A model generated the notes under the pieces. The model was given only the letters and a program-made list of their open reading frames with translations, did not search any database and was not told the origin of the DNA. From Chloroflexota bacterium (GTDB lineage Bacteria; Chloroflexota; UBA11872; VXOZ01), in assembly GCA_965220015.1 (NCBI GenBank), contig OZ244798.1, positions 2,273,422 to 2,337,421 of the forward strand: a stretch of DNA of 64,000 bases. The letters are read 5' to 3'. The position numbers were made by a program, and so were the translations under genes. How positions within the stretch are numbered: the first letter of the stretch is position 1; each line of letters starts with the position of its first letter. This document shows, piece by piece, positions 37,811-47,166 of this stretch.

Positions 37811-39235
37811 CTAGATCCCAAGCTCTTTGCGCCAGTCCTCAGCGATGATGTTCATCTGCGCTTCAGCCGTGGCGAGGGCTTCCTGAATGCCGATCTCGCC
37901 GTTCCAGAGCGATCCTACCCATTTCCCCGTGAGTACTTCAATGCGCATCTGGTCGGAACCGGGCACGCCAAAGCCAAGGGTAGACGTGCGATACTGCATG
38001 TTCTCCGACATATGGAGAATAAACGGATCGTTCTCATGGAACTCCTCGGACAGCGTTGCCGACTTTCGCACCGGCACGCGGTCGAAGGTCTTGGTGAACG
38101 CCAGCGTATTCTCCGGCCGCGCAAGGTATTCCAGCCAGGCAAAGGACTCTTCCGCCACCTCTGTCCAACCGGAAACCATGTGGATCCAGGCGCCGCCGAG
38201 GCTCGCTTGACGCGCAGGATTAGCGGGCAAGGGGAATCCGGTATACCCAAACTCATAGTCCGGGTCAATCGGACGAATCTGCTGCTTGCGCTCGGCATAC
38301 GTCATGTAGATGCTGGCGCACTTCGCATTGATGAGCGCCGCTCCCCGGTTTCTGCCGGAAGGCCGGGCCGCTGCCTGAAACTCTTTCACGGCGGCGTACC
38401 CATCCTGCAGGTCCCAAAGCCGCTTAACAAATGTAAAGGCCTCAATCGCCTCAGGTGTATTGAAGGTCATCTTGGTGCGGTCGTCGTTCGTACGACTGCC
38501 GCCAAGCTGCAACAGTGGGAGCATGAAGAGCCACGTGCCGTTTGAGCCCCAGTCCGGCGGGAAGCCCGCAACCGTCAGGTTGCCCGCAGCGTCCTTCTGC
38601 GTCGTCTTCTGAATTGCTTCCTCAAACTCGTCCCACGTCTGCGGCCCTGTAGCCGGGTCCAGACCGCCCTTGATGTAGAGGTCGATGTTCATATAGAGCA
38701 CGCGCATGTCCGGGCCGTAGGGCATGCCGAACACACGCCCGTCCCGCCACACGACGGGCTCCATCAGTCCTTCCCACATGTCGTTCATATCCAGGCCCGT
38801 AGCCTTGATGTGGTCATTCAGGTGCAAGACGGTGCCCTGTAATCCCCGATCGATGGGCGTACCTTCGCCGCCGGTCACCACGTCATAGGGAATGTTCGCG
38901 GCGGCTGCGGCCGCAAAAGCCTCGTTGCGGTTGCCGGAGTAGGGTTCCACGAGCAGATTAACATTAGGAAACTCTTCGCCGAACGCCGCAACTAAGCCGC
39001 CGGAAACATGGCCTTCCTCTTGAAACTTGAAGGAGCCATTCGGCACGAAGACCACGTCCACGGGTTCAGGCGCTTTGGGCGGCGCTGCTTCAGCCTTCTG
39101 TTCCGCGGGCTTTTCAGCGGCCATCTCGGGCTGCGCCGTTGCCGTGCCGCAGGCCGCTAGCGCGGCTCCAAGCGGGATACTACTCATTCCAATCAACAGT
39201 TGTCGCCGGCTCAGATTTGCTTTGCTGTCTGCCAT
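37811..39235 (-). CDS. ABC transporter substrate-binding protein (family 1), Tat/lipoprotein signal, orphan
   Basis: SRRQLLIGMSSIPLGAALAACG, then a ~440-aa SBP-like body. No permease or ATPase genes on either side. Confidence 0.8.
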   Translation of the reverse strand: MADSKANLSRRQLLIGMSSIPLGAALAACGTATAQPEMAAEKPAEQKAEAAPPKAPEPVDVVFVPNGSFKFQEEGHVSGGLVAAFGEEFPNVNLLVEPYSGNRNEAFAAAAAANIPYDVVTGGEGTPIDRGLQGTVLHLNDHIKATGLDMNDMWEGLMEPVVWRDGRVFGMPYGPDMRVLYMNIDLYIKGGLDPATGPQTWDEFEEAIQKTTQKDAAGNLTVAGFPPDWGSNGTWLFMLPLLQLGGSRTNDDRTKMTFNTPEAIEAFTFVKRLWDLQDGYAAVKEFQAAARPSGRNRGAALINAKCASIYMTYAERKQQIRPIDPDYEFGYTGFPLPANPARQASLGGAWIHMVSGWTEVAEESFAWLEYLARPENTLAFTKTFDRVPVRKSATLSEEFHENDPFILHMSENMQYRTSTLGFGVPGSDQMRIEVLTGKWVGSLWNGEIGIQEALATAEAQMNIIAEDWRKELGI

Positions 39236-39431
39236 GTCTTTCTCCTACTCTCTTGACGCCATCAAACTTAACGCTATGAATTCGACGAACTAGATTCTCT
39301 ATGCCTCCTTTCCAGATAACACCCGAATGCCTCTCTTGCCAACAAAAAGGCCTTTCCGCAGAAAAGATTACTACCATACGGCGCTCTTGTAAAGCTGATA
39401 GAGTTGCTCGCTGCAAACACCTCACTGCTGC

Positions 39432-40262
39432 TCATTGCTTTCGCCCGGAAGAAATCACTGCCGCCATGGGCAAGCAAATCCTTCCCTCCTCGGCGAACGC
39501 CACCACGCCGTCTCGCACTGCCCGGCGAATGTCAGCCTGTGCTTGCGGTGTCTGCGCCTGCAACAGCGCGCCGGTACGCACCGCTCCGTGCAAGAACGTC
39601 TCAAACAGCGCATCCTCGTGCGGCAATTCCCACGTGATACGAACTTCCTCCACCGACGGCGCGGCAAAACCGGCATTAATCAAGGCCCGCGTGCTCTCTG
39701 CAGGGTCGCTGAAGCGAAAGAAAGCCGGCCCATCGGGCAGCGGGATCGCCATGTTCCCGTGCTCGGCAATGGCGTCGAGAATGATCTTGAAACCCACCCC
39801 TGCCTGGGGGTCGCTCCACACAGAAAAGGCAACCCGACCGCCGGCCTTCAATACGCGGTTCGCTTCCGCGAGGGCCACTTCCGGCCGGGCCACATGCAGT
39901 AGACCGAAGTTCATGACAACCGCAGCGAATTGAGAGTCGGGAAAGGGCAGTTCTTCAGCGCTGCCGGTTTGAAACAAAATAGCGGGGTACTGCCGCCGCG
40001 CTACCGCCACCGCAGCCTCCGCGAAGTCAATCCCGACAACGTCGGCCCCCCGCTGCGCCGCTGCCGCCGCAACGTACCCGGGTCCCGACGCCACATCGAG
40101 GACGCGCTGCCCTGCCTTCACATCTGCTGCGTCAAGGAGCGGCTCGATGAAACGCGTCGTGAGATTGGCAAAGAAGCGATGATAGTCTGCGGCAACTCTT
40201 TCCCATCCCGCTCTTTCGAATTCATAGAATTCGTTGGCGTTATCTTTACTGGTAGTCGTCAT
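39432..40262 (-). CDS. Class I SAM-dependent methyltransferase
   Basis: VLDVASGPGYVAAAAAQRGADVVGIDFAEAAV (motif I/II), FAAVVMNFGLLHV, LKAGGRVAFSVW. Confidence 0.8.
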   Translation of the reverse strand: MTTTSKDNANEFYEFERAGWERVAADYHRFFANLTTRFIEPLLDAADVKAGQRVLDVASGPGYVAAAAAQRGADVVGIDFAEAAVAVARRQYPAILFQTGSAEELPFPDSQFAAVVMNFGLLHVARPEVALAEANRVLKAGGRVAFSVWSDPQAGVGFKIILDAIAEHGNMAIPLPDGPAFFRFSDPAESTRALINAGFAAPSVEEVRITWELPHEDALFETFLHGAVRTGALLQAQTPQAQADIRRAVRDGVVAFAEEGRICLPMAAVISSGRKQ

Positions 40263-40652
40263 ACAAGTCTCCCCAAGAGTGGCTACGCTCTCGCCCTATT
40301 GTACTGGGAGAGCCGGTGTTAGACTCGTACGGAAGCTTAGACTTGGACATGTTCCTTTGTCCGCTAAGGCAATTTCCGTGATGTGCGCATCCCATTCCAA
40401 GTCTTGCAGCCAATATCAAGAATGCAAGAGGGGACACACGGACCGCGCAAACCTGAGGAAAAATACTGCGGGAGCCGGCGCCTGAGCGACCGACTGCATC
40501 CGTGTACGGCACGCCTCTAAGAATGCTATAGTATGGGATGGTCACATTGGCTAGAGACACGGGCTAATTCATCGCAAGAATCGCCATGGCAGTTTGCCCC
40601 GCTGTCTCCACGGTACTCAGCATATCCAAGAACCACTGGCAAGGATCGTCGC

Positions 40653-41564
40653 ATGTGCGGCATCATCGGTTTTCTCGATAAGACGAACAATGATAAGGCC
40701 CCGGTTGGAGAGACGGTGCTGACAATGCTCAATGCCTTGGCGTGTCGGGGTCCCGATTCCGCCGGTGTCGCCCTCTTTACGGGTCCTGGCAACGATCGGA
40801 CTGTCTTGCGCATCAAGCTGGGCGAGAACGGCGTCTTTGCCGAGCGCCAAGATAACATCACCAAGCGCGTGCAGACACTTGGTAGAGTCCTTAATGCAAC
40901 GACAACCGAAGAGTACCTGCGCCTTGAAGTCGACTATCAAGGCGACCCCCAGCAACTCAGCGCCCTCATCGAGTCGGAGGCAGACAACGTTGAAGTGGTA
41001 AGCATGGGCAATGCCCTGGAAATTGTCAAGCAGGTAGGTTCTCCGGACAACCTCGAACAGAGCCACGGGGTTTCCCGCATTACCGGCACCCATGGCATCG
41101 GTCATACCCGCCTCTCGACAGAATCTAAGGTGGACCTGAGCCACTCGCAGCCATTCTGGGCACACGGCAGGCCGGACCTTGCCGTTGTGCACAATGGGCA
41201 CATCACGAATTACCACAACCTGCGCCGCCGCTACGAGCAGAACGGGGTCCGGTTCTACACTGACAATGACTCTGAGGTCATCGGCGTATATCTCGCGGAC
41301 CGGCTGTCACAAGGCATGACCTTGACAGAGGCCCTCACCGCTTCCTTGTACGACTTGGACGGCTCCTTCAGTTACTTGGCGGCCACGCAGAATGAGTTGG
41401 GCTTTGCCAAAGACCGCTTTGCCCTCAAGCCGCTGCTCTTTACCGAGACAGACTCTGAAGTTGTGGTTGCTACCGAGGAAATTGCCATTGAGAATGCATT
41501 TCCGGGCATTGGCGGTGTGCGTGAGGCACAAGCGAAGGAAGTGCAGGTATGGCAGCTGAACTAG
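40653..41564 (+). CDS. mgsA: Class II (Ntn) glutamine-amidotransferase-like subunit, N-methylglutamate synthase subunit A candidate
   Basis: Starts MCGIIGF (Cys2 nucleophile, which fixes the start at 40653 rather than 40533). GIGHTRLSTES, HNGHITNY. Followed by GXGXG and FMN glutamate-synthase-like subunits. Confidence 0.7.
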   Translation: MCGIIGFLDKTNNDKAPVGETVLTMLNALACRGPDSAGVALFTGPGNDRTVLRIKLGENGVFAERQDNITKRVQTLGRVLNATTTEEYLRLEVDYQGDPQQLSALIESEADNVEVVSMGNALEIVKQVGSPDNLEQSHGVSRITGTHGIGHTRLSTESKVDLSHSQPFWAHGRPDLAVVHNGHITNYHNLRRRYEQNGVRFYTDNDSEVIGVYLADRLSQGMTLTEALTASLYDLDGSFSYLAATQNELGFAKDRFALKPLLFTETDSEVVVATEEIAIENAFPGIGGVREAQAKEVQVWQLN

Positions 41565-42262
41565 ATTGCAGCGGTAAGACCATCCGCGAGATCAATACTG
41601 CCATAAAGGGCCACATCGCTCGCGGCGAAGATGCAGTCATCGTTCGCAATCCGGGCGCACGGCACAATCTGGGCGTGGCCTTGCTGCAACCTTCAACAGT
41701 GCAATTTGACGGCAGTGTGGGCTACTTCTGTGGCGGCTTGATGGACGGCGCCACTGTGGAAGTCAACGGCAGCACCGGCTGGGGTCTCGCAGAATCGATG
41801 CTCTCGGGCACGGTCATCGTCCGTGGCAGCGCCGGTAACGGCGCGGCAGCCACCATTCGCGGCGGCACGGTGGTCATTCACAAGCACGCCGCCGCGCGCG
41901 CCGGTGTGGCGATGAAGGGCGGCCTCCTGCTCATTGGCGGAAATTGCGGTTACATGGCCGGCTTCATGGGTCAGCGAGGCACGATCGTCGTCTGCGGTGA
42001 CGTGGGCGAAGCATTTGCCGATTCTATGTATGAGACCGTCTGCTACGTGGGCGGCAACGTCGGCGAACTGGGTAACGATGCGGTCATTGAAGAACTCACC
42101 GCTGAAGATCTCGCATTCCTTGAGGCGACCTTCGCGGAGCACCTGCCCGAGCGTTTGGCTGAGCTAGAGCCGCGCATTGCCGGCTTCAAGAAAATTGTGT
42201 CGGGCCGCCGCTTGTGGAATTTCGATAAGACGGATTGGGACGTTTGGCAGCAGGTGGTATAA
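41549..42262 (+). CDS. mgsB: GXGXG-motif (glutamate synthase domain-3-like) subunit, N-methylglutamate synthase subunit B candidate
   Basis: Repeated beta-helix G-x-G pattern (VNGSTGWGLAESMLSGTVIVRGSAGNGAAATIRGGTVVIHKHAAARAGVAMKGGLLLIGGNCGYMAGFMGQRGTIVVCGDVG). Overlaps mgsA by 16 nt. Confidence 0.7.
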   Translation: MAAELDCSGKTIREINTAIKGHIARGEDAVIVRNPGARHNLGVALLQPSTVQFDGSVGYFCGGLMDGATVEVNGSTGWGLAESMLSGTVIVRGSAGNGAAATIRGGTVVIHKHAAARAGVAMKGGLLLIGGNCGYMAGFMGQRGTIVVCGDVGEAFADSMYETVCYVGGNVGELGNDAVIEELTAEDLAFLEATFAEHLPERLAELEPRIAGFKKIVSGRRLWNFDKTDWDVWQQVV

Positions 42263-42543
42263 CAGGTGAGACCTTCTATGAGCGCCCGCGAGTTCTCCCT
42301 GTAAATGGGCCCCTCCGTAAAGTGTGACACGGGTAAGGGCAAGCACAACGCACCTGCATTGAATTCGGTGTTTCCGTATCGGTGCCTGGTAGTCCTGCGC
42401 TGCAGCGCAACCACACCGATTTCACACGACTAGGGCGGACAAGAGAAGAGTTCTTGCTGAAGCGGTGAGGTGAAACCGGGACCATGAATCTCACCGCTGC
42501 CCCAACTGCGACCAAATAAGCCTGGTAAGAGGAGTAAGGGAAA

Positions 42544-43893
42544 ATGTCAGACGGCGAGAACGGCCGCCTGCGACCGAGCGGAACGTACACCCCTGAAGTG
42601 ATTGCCGAAATCCAAGAGAAGGCCCAACTGGGGCGCTACCTCATGCGCGGATTCGGCACGCTGCGGGAAAGGAATTGGGCAACGTTCGACGACCTCACGT
42701 TTATCCCTTGCACATTGACCCGTATTCCCCTGGAGGGCTACCGCGAGCACTGCTCAACGAAAACCGTAATCGGCAGACGCCATGCGGAGCAGCCGATTGC
42801 GCTTGACATTCCCATTATGATTACGGGCATGAGTTGGGGCGCGCTTTCGTACAACGCGAAAGTAGCGCTGGCCCAGGGCGCGGCTGCGGTGGGTTCGTCT
42901 AACACGACCGGCGACGGCGGTATGCTGCAGGCCGAACGCGAACATAGCAAGACCCTGATTTACGAGGTTTTGCCGTCACGCTACGGCGTAAGCATCCATG
43001 ACGCGCGCGCCGCTGACGCCATCGAGCTCACCATCGGCCAGGGGGCGAAACCGGGTACCGGCGGCCTGCTACTCGGCTCTAAAGTATCGAATGTGATTGC
43101 CGAGCAACGGGATCTCCCAATCGGCGTCGACCAACGCAGCCCCGCCCGCCATCCGGACTTTCTGGGTCCCGATGACATGATCATAAAGGTCGAAGAACTG
43201 CGCGAAGCAACAGATTGGAAAGTGCCGATCTTCATCAAGATGGGAGCCACGCGCGTTTTCGACGACGTACGGCTGGCAGCGAAAGCGGGAGCCGATGCGG
43301 TGGTGGTGGACGGCATGGAAGGCGGCACCGGCGCCTCGCCGGAGATGCTGCAGGAACACACGGGAATTCCCACCCTCGCCGCCGTGTGCGAGGCGCGCGC
43401 GGCCCTGGAGGACTTGGGCCTGTACGGCGAGGTGCAACTCATCATCGCCGGCGGCATCCGGCACGGCGTGGACGCGGCGAAAGCGCTCGCCCTCGGCGCT
43501 GATGCCGTCTATATCGGCACCTCGGCCCTGATTGCGCTCAACTGCAACCGGTCGCTCTATGTAGAAGACTACGAAGAATTAGGCACGAAACCGGGCTTTT
43601 GTCACCACTGCCACACCGGACGCTGCCCGGTGGGCATCACGACTCAAGACCCTGAACTGATGAAACGCCTGCCGATTGACGAAGCCGCCGAACGCGTAAC
43701 CAGCTACCTGCGCTCGATGGTCTCGGAAATGCAGATGCTGGCCCGCGCCTGCGGCAAGGCCGACGTGCACGACCTCGACCCGGACGACCTCCGCGCCCTG
43801 ACCAGCGAAGCCTCGATGATTTGCGGCATCCCTTTGGTGGGCACCAACCGCATCGTCGGCGGCGGCCCCGGTTGGGAAGATCGGGGTCACTAA
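42544..43893 (+). CDS. mgsC: FMN-binding glutamate synthase family subunit (GltB domain-2-like), N-methylglutamate synthase subunit C candidate
   Basis: MSWGALS, IGQGAKPGTGGLLLG, VVVDGMEGGTGASP, LIIAGGIRHGVDAAKALALGADAVYIGT. RBS agaggag upstream. Confidence 0.75.
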   Translation: MSDGENGRLRPSGTYTPEVIAEIQEKAQLGRYLMRGFGTLRERNWATFDDLTFIPCTLTRIPLEGYREHCSTKTVIGRRHAEQPIALDIPIMITGMSWGALSYNAKVALAQGAAAVGSSNTTGDGGMLQAEREHSKTLIYEVLPSRYGVSIHDARAADAIELTIGQGAKPGTGGLLLGSKVSNVIAEQRDLPIGVDQRSPARHPDFLGPDDMIIKVEELREATDWKVPIFIKMGATRVFDDVRLAAKAGADAVVVDGMEGGTGASPEMLQEHTGIPTLAAVCEARAALEDLGLYGEVQLIIAGGIRHGVDAAKALALGADAVYIGTSALIALNCNRSLYVEDYEELGTKPGFCHHCHTGRCPVGITTQDPELMKRLPIDEAAERVTSYLRSMVSEMQMLARACGKADVHDLDPDDLRALTSEASMICGIPLVGTNRIVGGGPGWEDRGH

Positions 43894-44132
43894 GACGCGA
43901 GCGTTGCAAGAGGCGTTGCGAAATTGGCGATGAGCCGCCTCACCCTCGTCAGCACATCTTTCGTGAAGGATCATTTACTATCGCTGTCCGAGTGAATGGG
44001 TCTAGCTCTTGCTTTTGCAAAGTCCACCATCAGGTGATATAAGCGTAGCGACCGTTTCGCCCGCGGTTTGTCCGTGTACCTTGTAAGAAGCCACCAAGGC
44101 ACAATTGAAGTGAGCTTCTCATTGGAGTTGGC

Positions 44133-44393
44133 ATGTCGTTCCTGATCCTCTGTCCCAATTGCGGCCAGCGCAGCGTCTATGAATTTCGCTTTGGCGGCGA
44201 AGTGAAAACGCGCCCGGAGGCAGGAGCGAGCGACGAGGCGTGGCTGGGCTACAGCTATGCCACGGCCAACCGTGATCGCTCCCAGAAGGAATGGTGGTTC
44301 CACACCTACGGCTGCCGCCAGTGGCTCTTTGCCGTGCGCGATACGGTGACGAACGAAGTTGCGGAGACTAGCCTACCCGAGGACGCGCCGTGA
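44133..44393 (+). CDS. Sarcosine oxidase delta-subunit family protein (N-methylglutamate dehydrogenase small subunit candidate)
   Basis: 86 aa: MSFLILCPNCGQRSVYEFRFGGE (Cys-x2-Cys zinc-ribbon start typical of SoxD) ... EWWFHTYGCRQW. Confidence 0.8.
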   Translation: MSFLILCPNCGQRSVYEFRFGGEVKTRPEAGASDEAWLGYSYATANRDRSQKEWWFHTYGCRQWLFAVRDTVTNEVAETSLPEDAP

Positions 44394-47164
44394 GCGGCCA
44401 GATGGATTCCCGCTTTCGCGGGAATGACGGACCCTCGGGTTCTGACGCGCCCAATGGTGATGGGCAATCCGCCGTCACCTTCTATTTCAACGGCAATCCC
44501 ATCGAGGCCCTGCCGCAGGATACGGTGGCATCCGCGCTCTATCGGACGGGTCGGCGCATCTTCAGCCGCGGCTTCAAGTATCATCGGCCCCGCGGCCTGC
44601 TCTGCGTTGCGGGACGCTGCCCCAACTGTCTGATGAACGTGGACGGCACGCCCAACGTGCGCGCCTGCACACAGCCGGTCCAAGACGGCATGCAGGTCAC
44701 CCACCAGAACGCCAAACCGTCACTGGACATCGACTTCATGGCCGTCGCCGAACGGTTTTCGTGGGCCATGCCGGTGGGATTCTATTACAAGACCTTCACG
44801 CATCCGTGGATGTGGCACATTGCCGAGCCCTTCATCCGCCGTGCCGCCGGCCTGGGCAAGATTGACCGCGCGCCGGACCCGGCTGCCGACCATCCCTACG
44901 AGCACGTATACCTGTACACCGCCACGGCTGTTGTCGGCGGCGGGCCCCACGGCCTGCGCGCCGCGCTGGCTGCGGCGGCCCAGGGCGGCGAAGTGGTCCT
45001 GATTGACGATCAGCCGGAACTGGGCGGGCACTTGCGCTATTCGAGCTGCGACACCGAGGCTTCGCGCACAGATTCGGGCTCAAACGGAGGATCCAACGGG
45101 GAAGAGTCAGAAAGCCTCGAAGACCTCGTGAAGCGCATTCGCGAAACTTCCAGCATTACTGTCTTTACAAACGCCACCTGCTTTGGACTCTACGAAGGCA
45201 ATCTCCTGGGCATTATGCATCGGAGTCCTGAGTCTCCCGTAGCGCAACGCCTCACACAACTGCGTACCGAGCGTATCGTCGTCGCCACAGGCGCGCATGA
45301 AGTCCCGCTGCTGTTCGAGAACAACGACATTCCCGGCGTTATGTTAAGCAGTGGCGCCTTGCGCCTCATCGGTTTCCATGGCGTCAGGCCCGGCGAACGG
45401 GCCGTCGTCGTTGGCGATGGAGAATCAGCGGCGTCCACCGCGGGAGAATTAGAGGCTGCCGGTATAACGGTTGCAGGCATCGTTTCGCCCGATCAGGTTG
45501 TCAGAGCCACGGGCCGCAAGCGTGTTTCCGGCCTCCAGACCCACGAGCAACGCTTTGCCTGCGACCTGGTCGTCATGTGCGGCGACTGGGTACCGGACGC
45601 GGGGCTCGTCGCGCAAGCGGGAGGCAACGTGGCATGGGACGCAGAGCGGGCCGTGTTTGTCACAAGTGCACTGCCGGACGGGGTCTCGGCAGTGGGAGCG
45701 GTTACCGGAGAGTCGCTGCCCCCGGCCGTTGGGCTCGCGCTCAGCACTGATTCGAACCCAAAGAAGGTAATTGTCTGCCCCTGCGAAGACGTTACCCTGC
45801 ATGACTTGCGTACGGCCGTGGACGAGGGCTTCGACCACATTGAAACGCTCAAGCGCTACACCACCACCACGATGGGTCCCTGCCAAGGCAAGATGTGCCA
45901 GCAGGCGGCAATCGATATTTGCGCCCAACAAACGGGGCGCACGCTGCAGGAGACCGGCAGAACTACCTCACGGCCTCCCACCTCGCCGGTGCCGTTGGGG
46001 GCGCTTGCCGGGCCGCACTTGCATCCGGTCAAGCGCACGCCCATGCACGCCAAGCACGACGAAATCGGCTGTGTTTGGATGGATATGGGCGAGTGGAAAC
46101 GGCCGCTCTACTACGGCACGCGAGAGAGCAAACGCGAGTCCGTGGAGCAAGAATACTGGGCGGTGCGGCAACGCGTGGGACTCATTGACTTGAGCACCCT
46201 CGGCAAGCTCGACGTCAGAGGCAGCGACGCCGGGAAGCTCCTGGAAAAGGTCTACACCGGTCGCTTTTCCGATTTACGCGTGGGCCGCGCGCGCTACGGC
46301 GTCATCTGCGATGAGGCGGGCATCATTCTGGACGACGGCACTGTTTCCCGCATCGCCGCAGACCACTACTTCATCACCACCACCACCGGCAACATCGAAT
46401 TCGTGCAGGAGTGGCTGGAGTGGTGGCTCGCCGGTTCCGGCTGGTGTGTACACATCACCAATGTCACCGGCGGCATGGGCGCAGTAAACGTCGCTGGACC
46501 CAAAGCCCGCGCTACGCTTGCCAAACTCACGGAGCGGGATCTCGGTAACAAGCGTTTCGGCTACATGCGCTGCCGCCAGGCGGACGTGGCAGGTGTGCCC
46601 AGTCTCATGCTGCGCATTGGCTTTGTGGGCGAAACCGGCTGGGAAATCCACTTTCCGTCAGAATACGGCGAACATGTGTGGGACTCAATCATGGAAGCCG
46701 GCAAAGAGTTTGACATTCGTCCCTTTGGCGTTGAAACGCAACGCGTGCTCCGCCTGGAAAAGAAGCATGTCATAGTTAGTGTAGATACCGACGCAACCAG
46801 CAATCCCATCGAATCCGACATGGCCTGGGTGGCGAAGCTCGCCAAGGACGACTTCATCGGCAAAGCCGCCATCAGCCGCGCCCAAGACCGCGCTCCCCGT
46901 GAAAAGCTGGTCGGGTTCGTAATGGATGAGGATGTCTTGCCACCGGACGGCGCCGTAATCATAGCCGACGACCAACCGGCAGGAAGAGTGACGAGTGTGC
47001 GTCATTCACCGGTGAATGAGAAAGTCATTGGCCTCGCCTGGGTTGCGGCCGAGCTTGCTGTCGCAGGTCAAACCATAAAGATGAATGCCGATGGACGTCC
47101 GGTCACCGCCCACATTGTTGACGAACCCTTTTACGATCCGACGCAGTCACGGTTGCGCCAGTAG
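44390..47164 (+). CDS. Sarcosine oxidase alpha-subunit family protein (N-methylglutamate dehydrogenase large subunit candidate)
   Basis: 924 aa. 2Fe-2S-like and NAD/FAD segments (FYFNGNPIEALPQDTVASAL, AVVGGGPHGLRAALAAA). C-terminal aminomethyltransferase/folate-binding domain (LIDLSTLGKLDVRGSDA...GWEIHFP). GTGA overlap with the delta gene. Confidence 0.85.
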   Translation: MSGQMDSRFRGNDGPSGSDAPNGDGQSAVTFYFNGNPIEALPQDTVASALYRTGRRIFSRGFKYHRPRGLLCVAGRCPNCLMNVDGTPNVRACTQPVQDGMQVTHQNAKPSLDIDFMAVAERFSWAMPVGFYYKTFTHPWMWHIAEPFIRRAAGLGKIDRAPDPAADHPYEHVYLYTATAVVGGGPHGLRAALAAAAQGGEVVLIDDQPELGGHLRYSSCDTEASRTDSGSNGGSNGEESESLEDLVKRIRETSSITVFTNATCFGLYEGNLLGIMHRSPESPVAQRLTQLRTERIVVATGAHEVPLLFENNDIPGVMLSSGALRLIGFHGVRPGERAVVVGDGESAASTAGELEAAGITVAGIVSPDQVVRATGRKRVSGLQTHEQRFACDLVVMCGDWVPDAGLVAQAGGNVAWDAERAVFVTSALPDGVSAVGAVTGESLPPAVGLALSTDSNPKKVIVCPCEDVTLHDLRTAVDEGFDHIETLKRYTTTTMGPCQGKMCQQAAIDICAQQTGRTLQETGRTTSRPPTSPVPLGALAGPHLHPVKRTPMHAKHDEIGCVWMDMGEWKRPLYYGTRESKRESVEQEYWAVRQRVGLIDLSTLGKLDVRGSDAGKLLEKVYTGRFSDLRVGRARYGVICDEAGIILDDGTVSRIAADHYFITTTTGNIEFVQEWLEWWLAGSGWCVHITNVTGGMGAVNVAGPKARATLAKLTERDLGNKRFGYMRCRQADVAGVPSLMLRIGFVGETGWEIHFPSEYGEHVWDSIMEAGKEFDIRPFGVETQRVLRLEKKHVIVSVDTDATSNPIESDMAWVAKLAKDDFIGKAAISRAQDRAPREKLVGFVMDEDVLPPDGAVIIADDQPAGRVTSVRHSPVNEKVIGLAWVAAELAVAGQTIKMNADGRPVTAHIVDEPFYDPTQSRLRQ
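44401..44430. repeat. REP-like hairpin, family B, lying inside the first codons of the alpha-subunit ORF
   Basis: gatggattcccgctttcgcgggaatgacgg (stem attcccgc / gcgggaat, loop tttc). It translates as MDSRFRGNDG in the alpha-subunit frame. Confidence 0.7.
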
Positions 47165-47166
47165 TT

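Noticed and set aside
40533-40652. Upstream start for the amidotransferase subunit.
   Set aside because: Ntn class II amidotransferases require Cys directly after the initiator Met. MCGIIG at 40653 satisfies this, and the upstream 40 codons have no family similarity.
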